Of a stretch of 64,000 bases of DNA, positions 26,773 through 41,087 are shown in pieces; positions within the stretch are counted from its first letter, which is position 1, and every line of letters begins with the position of its first letter. Position numbers and translations under genes: made by a program. Where the stretch lies: positions 108,252,001 through 108,316,000 of the forward strand of contig NC_086373.1 of the NCBI RefSeq assembly GCF_036588685.1, read 5' to 3'. Under the pieces are notes generated by a model. It was not told the DNA's origin. It did not search any database and saw only the letters and a list, made by a program, of their open reading frames with translations. The stretch comes from Mytilus trossulus (Eukaryota).

Positions 26773-28154
26773 ACGATTCCAATGTTTCCGTAAGTTCGTT
26801 ACATCCTGTCGGTAATTAAGCGCGAATATATGGACGGCGTGCACAAAGTTGAGTCCACAAACGTAACGTCTTCAAGTTTCTAAAATCATTTACGACGTCG
26901 GAAATTCTACCCAGAAAACAGAAGCGTAAACAAAAACACTTGACACTTAGTTTATAACATGATTTAAAACATAAACGTTCAATATATTACTACTTTTCGG
27001 ACAACAAAGCAGAGAAAATGCACATTCCGGAAATTTCAAACAATATATTCTAAGAGCAATGTAAAGGAAAAAATAAACGATTATGTTATGGACCCTTTTC
27101 AGAAAATAGCATCAAAACTTCATTTCTTTAAACTGGGACATTTAAAAAATTGAGGTGTACAGCCTAGACTATCGAATCATTCATATTTTGCTGATTTTTT
27201 TAAACCTCTTGTTATGCACATTTAGAATATCAAGTCATTTCAAAATAAAAAAATAGCAAGTGCATAATAAAAAAAATTACCGATTCTTCCATTACCTTAA
27301 TTAAGCAATTCAAATTACTACTTCTTATACCTAACGAACTACATTTCAAACGCATCCACCATGGTCGATTTTGATTTTTTTGTATGTGAAGTTCGTATGA
27401 CGTCGTAGTCCGAAGTTGTGAATACAATAATGTGTATGCATCGAAAAACTCAACCCTCAAAGTAGTATTGCATAGTTCAAACAGTTGAAACTGTCGATTA
27501 AAAATAAGGCGTATAAAGTCACAATATAATGAATTACTTAAATCATGAAAGACAATAGATAAGTGCAATAGGAAAATTATTATTGAACAAATAAAGTATA
27601 TAAAATCAAATGACACATTTGTTTACCAGTGCATAAACAAACATTCAATCAAGTTGAGAAGAATCTAGTTTAAATAGGGCAATATTTACCGCAGTGTTAT
27701 CATCGCTGTTGCATGGTAAAAATTGATACGCGACACTTGCAGGAGTATTTTATGGAGACTCTATTCTTAAGATAATAATTACCAATTGTATGGAGATTTC
27801 GTAGTCAAAGCTTGGAAGATTCAGTATATCCAGTCTGCAAATTGCGATTAAAAGAGGACAGTTTCCTGGTTTACAGTTTTTTAACGTTATTTATCACTTA
27901 TCAACTATCAAAAAAGTAAAAACACAAAAATACTTAACTCCGAGAAGTCATTGACATAACCAAAAGTATGATTTTTGGCACCAGCTGAATTATATCTGTG
28001 TGACATATACAATCTTCACAAATTTTTCTGTCGAATGAAAAGAAATCATATGTATTATGATCGCAGCATGTGCAGGCATCATTTTGTTATTATTTATAAT
28101 GAGATTGAAAGAGAAAATAAGTTGACATTTTTTATCAAGACCAAAACAAGCGTA

Positions 28155-28690
28155 TATAAATAAACTCATCATAGAAACTAGGATTTAAATTTTGTAATTA
28201 CGTCAGACGCGCGTTTCGTTAAAGATTCATCAGTGATGCTCGAATCCAAAAAAGTTAAAAATGCCAAATAAAGAACGAAGTTGAATAGCATTGAGGACCA
28301 AAAATCCTAAAAGTTTTACCAAATACAGCTACGATAATATATACATGAGGTAGAAAAGCTTAGTATTTCAAATGTACAAAGATTTGTAAATATTTGATTT
28401 ATAAATATGACCATATCAGTGACAATTCATGTCAGCACAAAAGTGCCGACTAATGAGCTGGTGATACCCTCGGAAAATAAAAATGAAAAAAATGAAGAGC
28501 ATTGTAAACCAAATTCCTAAAAGTTTTGCCAAATAAAGCTAACGTAATCTATTCCTTAGGGAGAAAAGCGTTAGTATTTCAAAACTTCTTTTAAACAGTA
28601 AATTTATAAATATGACCATATTAAGGTTAGTTCATGTCAGCACCGAAGTTGTGACTACTTGGCTGTTGATACACCCGGGGAATAAAAACT
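28155..28690 (-). mobile_element. Decayed retrozyme-like hammerhead repeat (ribozyme remnant 28200-28239)
   Basis: Reverse complement GCATCACTGATGAATCTTTAACGAAACGCGCGTCTGACGT; the body is homologous to 7860-8160 and partly duplicated. Confidence 0.65.
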
Positions 28691-29472
28691 ATATATAAAT
28701 AAAAGCATATTTATCCTTGCCTATTGAAATCCAGTTTGCATATCTTTTCCGACTCGGATAAGTAATGAATATATATGTTAATTACTCTAATTATAGGCGA
28801 GAGAGAGAGAGAGGGTGCAATATTTATATTACATCTATTCATCTTTTTTAAAATACACTTGGAGGTTATTTCTTGAACACATGTTGTGATCATTGATAAC
28901 AATATTACAAAACAACTTTATAAATTGTAAAAATATTAACACGCTTTCATGTCTTAATTAAAGAACACAGTAGTATACCGTTGTTTAAAAGTTATAAATC
29001 GATTGAGGGAAAACGAATTCGGGTTACAAACTTAAACCAAGGAAAACCAATGCTGTTTATTTGTTTTGTTTATACATTGTTGTCATTACAGTAAAACGCC
29101 ATGCGACTGCCATACAGTTGAGAGATATAGCTATCTATAAAATCAGGTATAATTCATCAGTTTCTCCATAAGGAAATGCCTATACCAATCAAAAATATGT
29201 ATTCCCATTCGATTATTTATCTGATCTTTTACTATTGTCATTTGATAAGTGACTTTCTGTTTTGAATTTTCTTGGAGTTCGGTATTGTTTGTTATTTAAC
29301 TTTTTACATCATTTAATATACCAGGTGCCTTGTTTCCAGAGCTTCATATTATCAACTATCATAGGATTAACCTAGGATCAAAACAATCTGTGGATAGTTC
29401 TCAACAGTATGGTCTTAGTACAAATCAATTACATTATATTTAAAAGTATGCTGTCGTCTTCATAAACAGTAC

Positions 29473-29637
29473 TGTTGTAAAATCTGCTTACTACATGTAT
29501 AGTAAAGCGCGCCGCTCGATTGTAACGTCACTATAGTTGACGTACTTCCTTTAGCTTTCATTACATTATCAAACTAGCAAGACGTCTGTTATTTTACTTC
29601 ATGCCATTGTACGAAATCTTACCCACTATACGCAAAA
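29473..29637 (+). repeat. LTR1 (165 bp)
   Basis: TGTTGTAAAATC...TATACGCAAAA; identical by eye to LTR4. Confidence 0.95.
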
Positions 29638-29638
29638 T

Positions 29639-29653
29639 TGGTGCCGAGACCAG
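29639..29653 (+). promoter_or_regulatory. Primer-binding site, probably tRNA-His (also at 35352 and 41065)
   Basis: TGGTGCCGAGACCAG lies 1 nt after the LTR. It resembles the complement of the invertebrate tRNA-His 3' end as I recall it (TGGTGCCGTGACCAG). Confidence 0.7.
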
Positions 29654-29661
29654 ATGAAATA

Positions 29662-32600
29662 ATGGAAGCGAAGATGAAAGCCGTCCGAGCGGGACATAAA
29701 GGAGCAGTTACCAAACTCCTGAGGAAATTCGAAGACATTCAACAAAGTTCAGAAGCGGATTACGAAGAAATTTCAACGCTATTAGAAGCAGTCACACAGA
29801 AGAAAAGAATTTTAGAAAATATCAACGAAAAAATATTGGAGCAAACTTCGGATGAAGATGTAGCAGTGGAAATACAGGACTCAGATGAGTACATGTACAA
29901 TTTAGAATATAAATTACGGCAAATTACAAAATTAGCAAAGTCAGTTCAAAATCAGAGTTTACCCGCAAATGAATCAATTTCATTGAATTTGAACCCTCAT
30001 GTCGATAATTTTATACCGAATACCCAATCAGTTCCATCTACATTTATTAGTCAACCTTCAACATCAGCAAACCAACAATATACACATAGCTCAAATTCAC
30101 GCTCATCGTCTAGCACAAACAGCGAGTATCACAAGCTACCAAAGTTAAACTTGCCTATATTTACCGGAGATATACTAGACTGGCAATCATTTTGGGACTC
30201 CTATGAAACCGCGATCCACACAAATCCTACACTGAGTGATGCACAAAAATTCAACTACTTGAAGTCCCTTCTACAAAGCGAAGCGTTACAAACTATAGCA
30301 GGATTTTCCATGACAAACACAAATTACGACAAAGCAATTTCATTACTCCAGGAAAGATACGGGCAAACTCATAAAATAGTCCAAACCTACATGCAGGCCT
30401 TACTTGATTTACAGGCTCCAATTCATACAATTACTAGTCTCCGTAGTTACTATGATAAGACAGAAACTTATGTAAGAGGTCTCGAGTCACTCGGACAGAC
30501 AGACGATACGTACGGATCATTACTAGTTCCTGTTATTCTGAATAAATTACCCGCAGAGATACGTCAACATTTAGCACGAGAACACAGATCCACAAACTGG
30601 ACACTACATGATTTACGCAAAGCGCTTCTCGACGAACTAAATATTATGGAAGCCGGAAAATTACCGGATAAAGTAGAAAGACCACTCGCTACCGCTACAT
30701 TTTTAACTAGTATGAAGTCACGTTCAAACTCAACATTCGGAAAACCCGAAAAGTCAGTTTCGGATAAAAAAACCTTTCATTAAGTCTTGCATTTTTTGCC
30801 ATGAAAATGGGCATATAGCCATTAATTGCACAAAAATCACAACCGTTGATGCACGCACAGCTGTAATTAAGAGAGAGAGGCTATGTTTTAACTGTCTCGG
30901 TCGTCACAAATTAGCTGAATGCAAATCTACAAGCACGTGTAAAAAATGCAACAAACGTCATCATACAAGTATATGTAACAAGAATAACAGTATGAACGAA
31001 TCACATGAACAAGTAAACGAAGATAATGGTAAAACCGTATTACACTCCTCCCTTGCACCACATAAAACATCAAATGTTATATTGAAAACCGCTGTCGCTT
31101 GCGTGAGCTCAGGAACACAGTCAACGGATGCTAATATTTTACTAGACGAAGGAGCACAGAGATCATTCATCACAGAATCACTCGCCAGAAAACTAGATTT
31201 AGGTATAAACGGGACCGAAATAGTTCATCTTTCTGGATTCGGAGAGCAAAACAGACAAGTTAGGCATATGCAATCGGCAACGATTTACTTACAAACTGAC
31301 GATGTAGAAAACATACCGCTCGAGGTACTTATCATTCCTGAAATAGCATTACCGATACAAACGCACATGAAATCAGTAGTTAATATGAGACATTTGCATG
31401 GCTTGAAATTAGCACACCCAATTACCGAAGATGACATGTTTGATATTAATTTACTTATTGGAGCAGATTATTATTGGAGTATAGTAGGAGATAAAATCAT
31501 AAGAGGTAATGGACCGACTGCCGTCGAGTCTAAATTAGGATATTTACTTTCTGGACCAACGACAAGTATTAGAGAATCAAACAGAAGTTCAATATTGAAC
31601 GTTATCGTGTCTCATAAAGCAGAGGAATGTAATTTAACAAAGTTTTGGGAAATCGAGTCCCTTGGTATAGAAGACAGTAACACAAAAACAGAGCTAGAAG
31701 AATTTCAAACGATTTATGAAAACTCATCAGTGTCATTTCTTGACAACAAGTATGTCGCCAAGCTACCTTGGAAAACCAACCACTCGCCATTACCGTCAAA
31801 CAAAACAGTCGCCTTTCGTAGGACTGAAAATGTAATAAGACGTCTTAGTAAAGAACCGCAATTGTTACAAAAGTATGGAGAAATCATCGAAGAACAGGAA
31901 AAGCGAGGGTTTATAGAGAAAGTCGAGGAAGATTTAGTTAAACCAAATACCAAGTTACATTATATCCCGCATCACGCAGTAAAGAAAGATTCCGCAACTA
32001 CACCTATCAGGATCGTGTATGACTGTAGTTGTAGACAAACACCGGACACCGCCAGCTTAAATGATTGCTTACTTAACGTACCTCCGAAGTTGAATAATGT
32101 AACCGCAATACGTTTAAGATTCCGCATGAATAAATACGCCGTATGTACAGATATAGAAAAGGCATTTCTCAACGTTGGACTAGATATTGAAGACCGGGAC
32201 GTCACCAGGTTTTTCTGGTTAAGCAATCCAACAGACCCAAGCAGTTGTATCACGACTTATAGGTTTAAATCTGTATTATTTGGAGCCACCTGTTCACCAT
32301 TTATATTAAATGCTGTTTTATCAAAACACATCAACAACCACCAGACAGAATTTACTGACAATTTAATGAGAGATTTATACGTAGATAATATTGTTTCTAG
32401 TTTTAATTCCGAAGATGAATTGTCACAATATTTCAAAGTTGTTCGCAAGTTATTTACAGATGGTGGATTCAATTTACGCGCATGGGCATCAAATAACAAA
32501 CTATTACAACAACTTGCAGAATCTGAAAAAGTTATCGACACAGAACAGGTAGTAAAAGTATTAGGCTTGCGTTGGAATACAGATCAAGATACACTAAAGT

Positions 32601-35044
32601 ATGCTGAAAATATTCTAGACACGGAAATAGACCTCATCACGAAACGCGAAGTACTTAGAGAATCGTCCAAGATTTATGATCCACTCGGGATCATCAGTCC
32701 AGTTACCGTACGAGGTAAAATGTTTATGCAAACACTTTGGGGTGAAAACATGAAATGGGACGAGCCATTGCCTGATCATATGAGAACAGAATGGATTGAC
32801 ATAAGAAAAGATATTAATGAAGCAACAAAGACCGTTATACATCGTCACTACTTCACAAATTGTTCGGATTCTAATAGCGACAATGTGATACATGTATTCA
32901 TGGATGCTAGCATGAAAGCTTACGGAGCTTGTGCATACCTAGTTTCAGAAGGAAAAAGTTCACTCTTAATGTCAAGAAATCGAGTAGCACCGTTAAAACA
33001 GCTAACAATTCCAAGACTAGAACTAATGGCAGCAGTAATTGGAAGTCGACTTTTATCTCATATTTTGTCTCATATTAATGTTAATCGTGTAATATTATGG
33101 AGCGATAGCCAAATTGTCTTGAGCTGGCTGAGTTCGAAGAAGACATTAAAACAATTTGTCGCTAACAGAGTGAAAGAAATCAAAGAACTGACTGAAAAGT
33201 TTACATGGAAATACTGTCCAAGTGAATCCAATCCCGCCGATTTACTATCAAGAGGAATAACAACTCAAAAGTTTAGAGACAACATGTTATGGATGAACGG
33301 CCCTGATTGGTTAACGAACGAGAATAAATGGCCTGAATGGAAAATAGATGAAACGCAAATTATGCCAGCAAGTGCTCAACAAGAAGTTACAGTTGATACG
33401 ACACAAATACTGAGTACACACAGTGTAACGCAGGAAAATACCATAATTGACATTGACAGGTTTAATTCTTTCAAGAAACTTTTGAGAGTCATAGCCTACG
33501 TTGAAAGATTTATATTTAACTGTAGATCGAGAGAAAAACGTACTGGAAATCTTAATACGCAAGAATTACAGAATGCAACGTATACTTTGATACAAGAAGT
33601 ACAACGAAGACACTTTTTGGACGTAAAGCTAAGCTTACAAAATGGAGAAACAAAGACACACAACTTAGTTAAACAACTGAAACTTTATTTGGATAAGGAC
33701 AACTTGATTCGTTGTGAAGGACGTATTCATAACGCGCCATTGGATGAATCTACTAAATTTCCTATACTGCTACCTGCAAAAGATAGATTAACCAGACTCG
33801 TTATAATGGATGCTCACATTTCACATTTACACTCAGGACTGTCAAGTACCGTCACACTAATCCGTCAGACATATTGGATACCGACTATACGACAAGTTGC
33901 GAACAGTATCTTACGCAAATGTGTGACCTGTAAAAAAGTTAAAGGCCGACCGTATACAGCCCCAGATCCGCCGCCTTTACCGAAGGACAGACTACGAGAA
34001 GCACCGCCGTTCACAGTAACGGGAGTTGATTTTACGGGAGCTCTGACAGTGAAAAACAACGATGGAACTACAAGCAAAGCTTACATATGTTTATTTACAT
34101 GTGCCAGCACTCGCGCTGTGCATTTAGAAGTGGTGGACAATTTAACAGAAGAAACATTTATCCTAGCATTTAGAAGATTCGTTAGTAGAAAATCGTTACC
34201 GAAAACGATGATATCCGACAATGCTACTACCTACATTGCAGCCGCTAAGCATATAGAGAATCTCACACGATCAGCGTCACTTACAGAAACGTTGAACAAC
34301 TATGGTACAACATGGACATTTATACCAAAACGCGCACCGTGGTACGGTGGCTTTTGGGAAAGATTGATAGGGATTACAAAAGATTGTGTTAAGAAGGTTT
34401 TGGGACGTTCTCTTATCAATATAGAACTTCTTAAGACAATTGTGACTGAAGTTGAAACTATTATGAATGACCGTCCACTAACTTACGTATCGTCAGATCC
34501 TTTAGATGAACCGCTAACGCCATCACATTTACTTTACGGACGTCGGATCACAACACTTCCATACCCTGATAATAGAGACTTTGAGCATTCGACGCTTGAG
34601 ATGACTCATGAATCTGTGAATAAACTGTCTCGGTTGAAATCTCAAATTATTCAACAGTTTTGGTGCAAATGGAAACACGAGTATCTTACCTCTCTTCGAG
34701 AATATCATCGAAACACTGGAAAGGACATTCAAACAATTAAAGTTGGAGATGTAGTACAAGTGTACGAAGAATCACCGAGGACAAAGTGGAATCTAGCCGT
34801 TATTGATCAACTGAACATTGGAGGTGACGGGAAAACGAGATCTGCTGTTATACGGACAAAACATGGACTCACTTCACGTCCAATAACAAAACTTTATCCT
34901 CTCGAAGTGTCAGAAAATAGAGACTTTACTATAGACAATAATTGTGATCTCAACAATCCTTCTACGTCTAGAAACTTAAGCCGTAAAGCGAAAAGTGTTG
35001 CCATAGAGAAACTTAAGAAATGGACAAAAGGAAATAATTCATAA
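29662..35044 (+). pseudogene. gag-pol of copy 1, split by a +1 A in the run at 30766-30772
   Basis: Matches the intact copy-3 polyprotein except for A7 versus A6, which gives ORFs 29662-30783 and 30992-35044. Confidence 0.85.
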
Positions 35045-35197
35045 TCAATGACTGTAAATTAAATTCAAGTTTAGTTTTCATATATAGACATTAACTCCTT
35101 TCAGAGACTTCAGAGTTTTCAGTAATTTTTCAAGTGTCAATTTATTTATATTGTAGTTTTTAATATTTTTAATTTCATCTTTTGCGCGGCCCGAGTA

Positions 35198-35350
35198 TGT
35201 TGTAAAATCTGCTTACTACATGTATAGTAAAGCGCGCCGCTCGATTGTAACGTCACTATAGTTGACGTACTTCCTTTAGCTTTCATTACATTATCAAACT
35301 GTTATTTTACTTCATGCCATTGTACAAAATCTTACCCACTATACGCAAAA
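35198..35350 (+). repeat. LTR2 (153 bp, shared internal LTR)
   Basis: As LTR1 but lacks AGCAAGACGTCT; private G>A at 35326. Confidence 0.95.
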
Positions 35351-35374
35351 TTGGTGCCGAGACCAGATGAAATA

Positions 35375-38300
35375 ATGGAAGCGAAGATGAAAGCCGTCCG
35401 AGCGGGACATAAAGGAGCAGTTACCAAACTCCTGAGGAAATTCGAAGACATTCAACAAAGTTCAGAAGCGGATTACGAAGAAATTTCAACGCTATTAGAA
35501 GCAGTCACACAGAAGAAAAGAATTTTAGAAAATATCAACGAAAAAATATTGGAGCAAACTTCGGATGAAGATGTAGCAGTGGAAATACAGGATTCAGATG
35601 AGTACATGTACAATTTAGAATATAAATTACGGCAAATTACAAAATTAGCAAAGTCAGTTCAAAATCAGAGTTTACCCGCAAATGAATCAATTTCATTGAA
35701 TTTGAACCCTCATGCCGATAATTTTATACCGAATACCCAATCAGTTCCATCTACATTTATTAGTCAACCTTCAACATCAGCAAACCAACAATATACACAT
35801 AGCTCAAATTCACGCTCATCGTCTAGCACAAACAGCGAGTATCACAAGCTACCAAAGTTAAACTTGCCTATATTTACCGGAGATATACTAGACTGGCAAT
35901 CATTTTGGGACTCCTATGAAACCGCGATCCACACAAATCCTACACTGAGTGATGCACAAAAATTCAACTACTTGAAGTCCCTTCTACAAAGCGAAGCGTT
36001 ACAAACTATAGCAGGATTTTCCATGACAAACACAAATTACGACAAAGCAATTTCATTACTCCAGGAAAGATACGGGCAAACTCATAAAATAGTCCAAACC
36101 TACATGCAGGCCTTACTTGATTTACAGGCTCCAATTCATACAATTACTAGTCTCCGTAGTTACTATGATAAGACAGAAACTTATGTAAGAGGTCTCGAGT
36201 CACTCGGACAGACAGACGATACGTACGGATCATTACTAGTTCCTGTTATTCTGAATAAATTACTCGCAGAGATACATCAACATTTAGCACGAGAACACAG
36301 ATCCACAAACTGGACACTACATGATTTACGCAAAGCGCTTCTCGACGAACTAAATATTATGGAAGCCGGAAAATTACCGGATAAAGTAGAAAGACCACTC
36401 GCTACCGCTACATTTTTAACTAGTATGAAGTCACTTTCAAACTCAACATTCGGAAAACCCGAAAAGTCAGTTTCGGATAAAAAAACCTTTCATTAAGTCT
36501 TGCATTTTTTGCCATGAAAATGGGCATATAGCCATTAATTGCACAAAAATCACAACCGTTGATGCACGCACAGCTGTAATTAAGAGAGAGAGGCTATGTT
36601 TTAACTGTCTCGGTCGTCACAAATTAGCTGAATGCAAATCTACAAGCACGTGTAAAAAATGCAACAAACGTCATCATACAAGTATATGTAACAAGAATAA
36701 CAGTATGAACGAATCACATGAACAAGTAAACGAAGATAATGGTAAAACCGTATTACACTCCTCCCTTGCACCACATAAAACATCAAATGTTATATTGAAA
36801 ACCGCTGTCGCTTGCGTGAGCTCAGGAACACAGTCAACGGATGCTAATATTTTACTAGACGAAGGAGCACAGAGATCATTCATCACAGAATCACTCGCCA
36901 GAAAACTAGATTTAGGTATAAACGGGACCGAAATAGTTCATCTTTCTGGATTCGGAGAGCAAAACAGACAAGTTAGGCATATGCAATCGGCAACGATTTA
37001 CTTACAAACTGACGATGTAGAAAACATACCGCTCGAGGTACTTATCATTCCTGAAATAGCATTACCGATACAAACGCACATGAAATCAGTAGTTAATATG
37101 AGACATTTGCATGGCTTGAAATTAGCACACCCAATTACCGAAGATGACATGTTTGATATTAATTTACTTATTGGAGCAGATTATTATTGGAGTATAGTAG
37201 GAGATAAAATCATAAGAGGTAATGGACCGACTGCCGTCGAGTCTAAATTAGGATATTTACTTTCTGGACCAACGACAAGTATTAGAGAATCAAACAGAAG
37301 TTCAATATTGAACGTTATCGTGTCTCATAAAGCAGAGGAATGTAATTTAACAAAGTTTTGGGAAATCGAGTCCCTTGGTATAGAAGACAGTAACACAAAA
37401 ACAGAGCTAGAAGAATTTCAAACGATTTATGAAAACTCATCAGTGTCATTTCTTGACAACAAGTATGTCGCCAAGCTACCTTGGAAAACCAACCACTCGC
37501 CATTACCGTCAAACAAAACAGTCGCCTTTCGTAGGACTGAAAATGTAATAAGACGTCTTAGTAAAGAACCGCAATTGTTACAAAAGTATGGAGAAATCAT
37601 CGAAGAACAGGAAAAGCGAGGGTTTATAGAGAAAGTCGAGGAAGATTTAGTTAAACCAAATACCAAGTTACATTATATCCCGCATCACGCAGTAAAGAAA
37701 GATTCCGCAACTACACCTATCAGGATCGTGTATGACTGTAGTTGTAGACAAACACCGGACACCGCCAGCTTAAATGATTGCTTACTTAACGTACCTCCGA
37801 AGTTGAATAATGTAACCGCAATACTTTTAAGATTCCGCATGAATAAATACGCCGTATGTACAGATATAGAAAAGGCATTTCTCAACGTTGGACTAGATAT
37901 TGAAGACCGGGACGTCACCAGGTTTTTCTGGTTAAGCAATCCAACAGACCCAAGCAGTTGTATCACGACTTATAGGTTTAAATCTGTATTATTTGGAGCC
38001 ACCTGTTCACCATTTATATTAAATGCTGTTTTATCAAAACACATCAACAACCACCAGACAGAATTTACTGACAATTTAATGAGAGATTTATACGTAGATA
38101 ATATTGTTTCTAGTTTTAATTCCGAAGATGAATTGTCACAATATTTCAAAGTTGTTCGCAAGTTATTTACAGATGGTGGATTCAATTTACGCGCATGGGC
38201 ATCAAATAACAAACTATTACAACAACTTGCAGAATCTGAAAAAGTTATCGACACAGAACAGGTAGTAAAAGTATTAGGCTTGCGTTGGAATACAGATCAA

Positions 38301-40757
38301 GATACACTAAAGTATGCTGAAAATATTCTCGACACGGAAATAGACCTCATCACGAAACGCGAAGTACTTAGAGAATCGTCCAAGATTTATGATCCACTCG
38401 GGATCATCAGTCCAGTTACCGTACGAGGTAAAATGTTTATGCAAACACTTTGGGGTGAAAACATGAAATGGGACGAGCCATTGCCTGATCATATGAGAAC
38501 AGAATGGATTGACATAAGAAAAGATATTAATGAAGCAACAAAGACCGTTATACATCGTCACTACTTCACAAATTGTTCGGATTCTAATAGCGACAATGTG
38601 ATACATGTATTCATGGATGCTAGCATGAAAGCTTACGGAGCTTGTGCATACCTAGTTTCAGAAGGAAAAAGTTCACTCTTAATGTCAAGAAATCGAGTAG
38701 CACCGTTAAAACAGCTAACAATTCCAAGACTAGAACTAATGGCAGCAGTAATTGGAAGTCGACTTTTATCTCATATTTTGTCTCATATTAATGTTAATCG
38801 TGTAATATTATGGAGCGATAGCCAAATTGTCTTGAGCTGGCTGAGTTCGAAGAAGACATTAAAACAATTTGTCGCTAACAGAGTGAAAGAAATCAAAGAA
38901 CTGACTGAAAAGTTTACATGGAAATACTGTCCAAGTGAATCCAATCCCGCCGATTTACTATCAAGAGGAATAACAACTCAAAAGTTTAGAGACAACATGT
39001 TATGGATGAACGGCCCTGATTGGTTAACGAACGAGAATAAATGGCCTGAATGGAAAATAGATGAAACGCAAATTATGCCAGCAAGTGCTCAACAAGAAGT
39101 TACAGTTGATACGACACAAATACTGAGTACACACAGTGTAACGCAGGAAAATACCATAATTGACATTGACAGGTTTAATTCTTTCAAGAAACTTTTGAGA
39201 GTCATAGCCTACGTTGAAAGATTTATATTTAACTGTAGATCGAGAGAAAAACGTACTGGAAATCTTAATACGCAAGAATTACAGAATGCAACGTATACTT
39301 TGATACAAGAAGTACAACGAAGACACTTTTTGGACGTAAAGCTAAGCTTACAAAATGGAGAAACAAAGACACACAACTTAGTTAAACAACTGAAACTTTA
39401 TTTGGATAAGGACAACTTGATTCGTTGTGAAGGACGTATTCATAACGCGCCATTGGATGAATCTACTAAATTTCCTATACTGCTACCTGCAAAAGATAGA
39501 TTAACCAGACTCGTTATAATGGATGCTCACATTTCACATTTACACTCAGGACTGTCAAGTACCGTCACACTAATCCGTCAGACATATTGGATACCGACTA
39601 TACGACAAGTTGCGAACAGTATCTTACGCAAATGTGTGACCTGTAAAAAAGTTAAAGGCCGACCGTATACAGCCCCAGATCCGCCGCCTTTACCGAAGGA
39701 CAGACTACGAGAAGCACCGCCGTTCACAGTAACGGGAGTTGATTTTACGGGAGCTCTGACAGTGAAAAACAACGATGGAACTACAAGCAAAGCTTACATA
39801 TGTTTATTTACATGTGCCAGCACTCGCGCTGTGCATTTAGAAGTGGTGGACAATTTAACAGAAGAAACATTTATCCTAGCATTTAGAAGATTCGTTAGTA
39901 GAAAATCGTTACCGAAAACGATGATATCCGACAATGCTACTACCTACATTGCAGCCGCTAAGCATATAGAGAATCTCACACGATCAGCGTCACTTACAGA
40001 AACGTTGAACAACTATGGTACAACATGGACATTTATACCAAAACGCGCACCGTGGTACGGTGGCTTTTGGGAAAGATTGATAGGGATTACAAAAGATTGT
40101 GTTAAGAAGGTTTTGGGACGTTCTCTTATCAATATAGAACTTCTTAAGACAATTGTGACTGAAGTTGAAACTATTATGAATGACCGTCCACTAACTTACG
40201 TATCGTCAGATCCTTTAGATGAACCGCTAACGCCATCACATTTACTTTACGGACGTCGGATCACAACACTTCCATACCCTGATAATAGAGACTTTGAGCA
40301 TTCGACGCTTGAGATGACTCATGAATCTGTGAATAAACTGTCTCGGTTGAAATCTCAAATTATTCAACAGTTTTGGTGCAAATGGAAACACGAGTATCTT
40401 ACCTCTCTTCGAGAATATCATCGAAACACTGGAAAGGACATTCAAACAATTAAAGTTGGAGATGTAGTACAAGTGTACGAAGAATCACCGAGGACAAAGT
40501 GGAATCTAGCCGTTATTGATCAACTGAACATTGGAGGTGACGGGAAAACGAGATCTGCTGTTATACGGACAAAACATGGACTCACTTCACGTCCAATAAC
40601 AAAACTTTATCCTCTCGAAGTGTCAGAAAATAGAGACTTTACTATAGACAATAATTGTGATCTCAACAATCCTTCTACGTCTAGAAACTTAAGCCGTAAA
40701 GCGAAAAGTGTTGCCATAGAGAAACTTAAGAAATGGACAAAAGGAAATAATTCATAA
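35375..40757 (+). pseudogene. gag-pol of copy 2, split by the same +1 A (36479-36485)
   Basis: ORFs 35375-36496 and 36705-40757. Confidence 0.85.
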
Positions 40758-40910
40758 TCAATGACTGTAAATTAAATTCAAGTTTAGTTTTCATATATAG
40801 ACATTAACTCCTTTCAGAGACTTCAGAGTTTTCAGTAATTTTTCAAGTGTCAATTTATTTATATTGTAGTTTTTAATATTTTTAATTTCATCTTTTGCGC
40901 GGCCCGAGTA

Positions 40911-41063
40911 TGTTGTAAAATCTGCTTACTACATGTATAGTAAAGCGCGCCGCTCGATTGTAACGTCACTATAGTTGACGTACTTCCTTTAGCTTTCATT
41001 ACATTATCAAACTGTTATTTTACTTCATGCCATTGTACGAAATCTTACCCACTATACGCAAAA
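40911..41063 (+). repeat. LTR3 (153 bp, shared internal LTR)
   Basis: Same 12-bp deletion as LTR2. Confidence 0.95.
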
Positions 41064-41087
41064 TTGGTGCCGAGACCAGATGAAATA

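Noticed and set aside
29638-29661. ORF-track starts at 29638, 35351, 41064 and 47472
   Set aside because: These are TTG/GTG starts from a bacterial-style caller and overlap the PBS or an intron. The first ATGs are 29662, 35375, 41088 and 47487.
30766-30783. Programmed -1 ribosomal frameshift between gag and pol
   Set aside because: Restoring the frame needs loss of one base (+1), copy 3 is a single ORF, and no stimulatory structure is evident.
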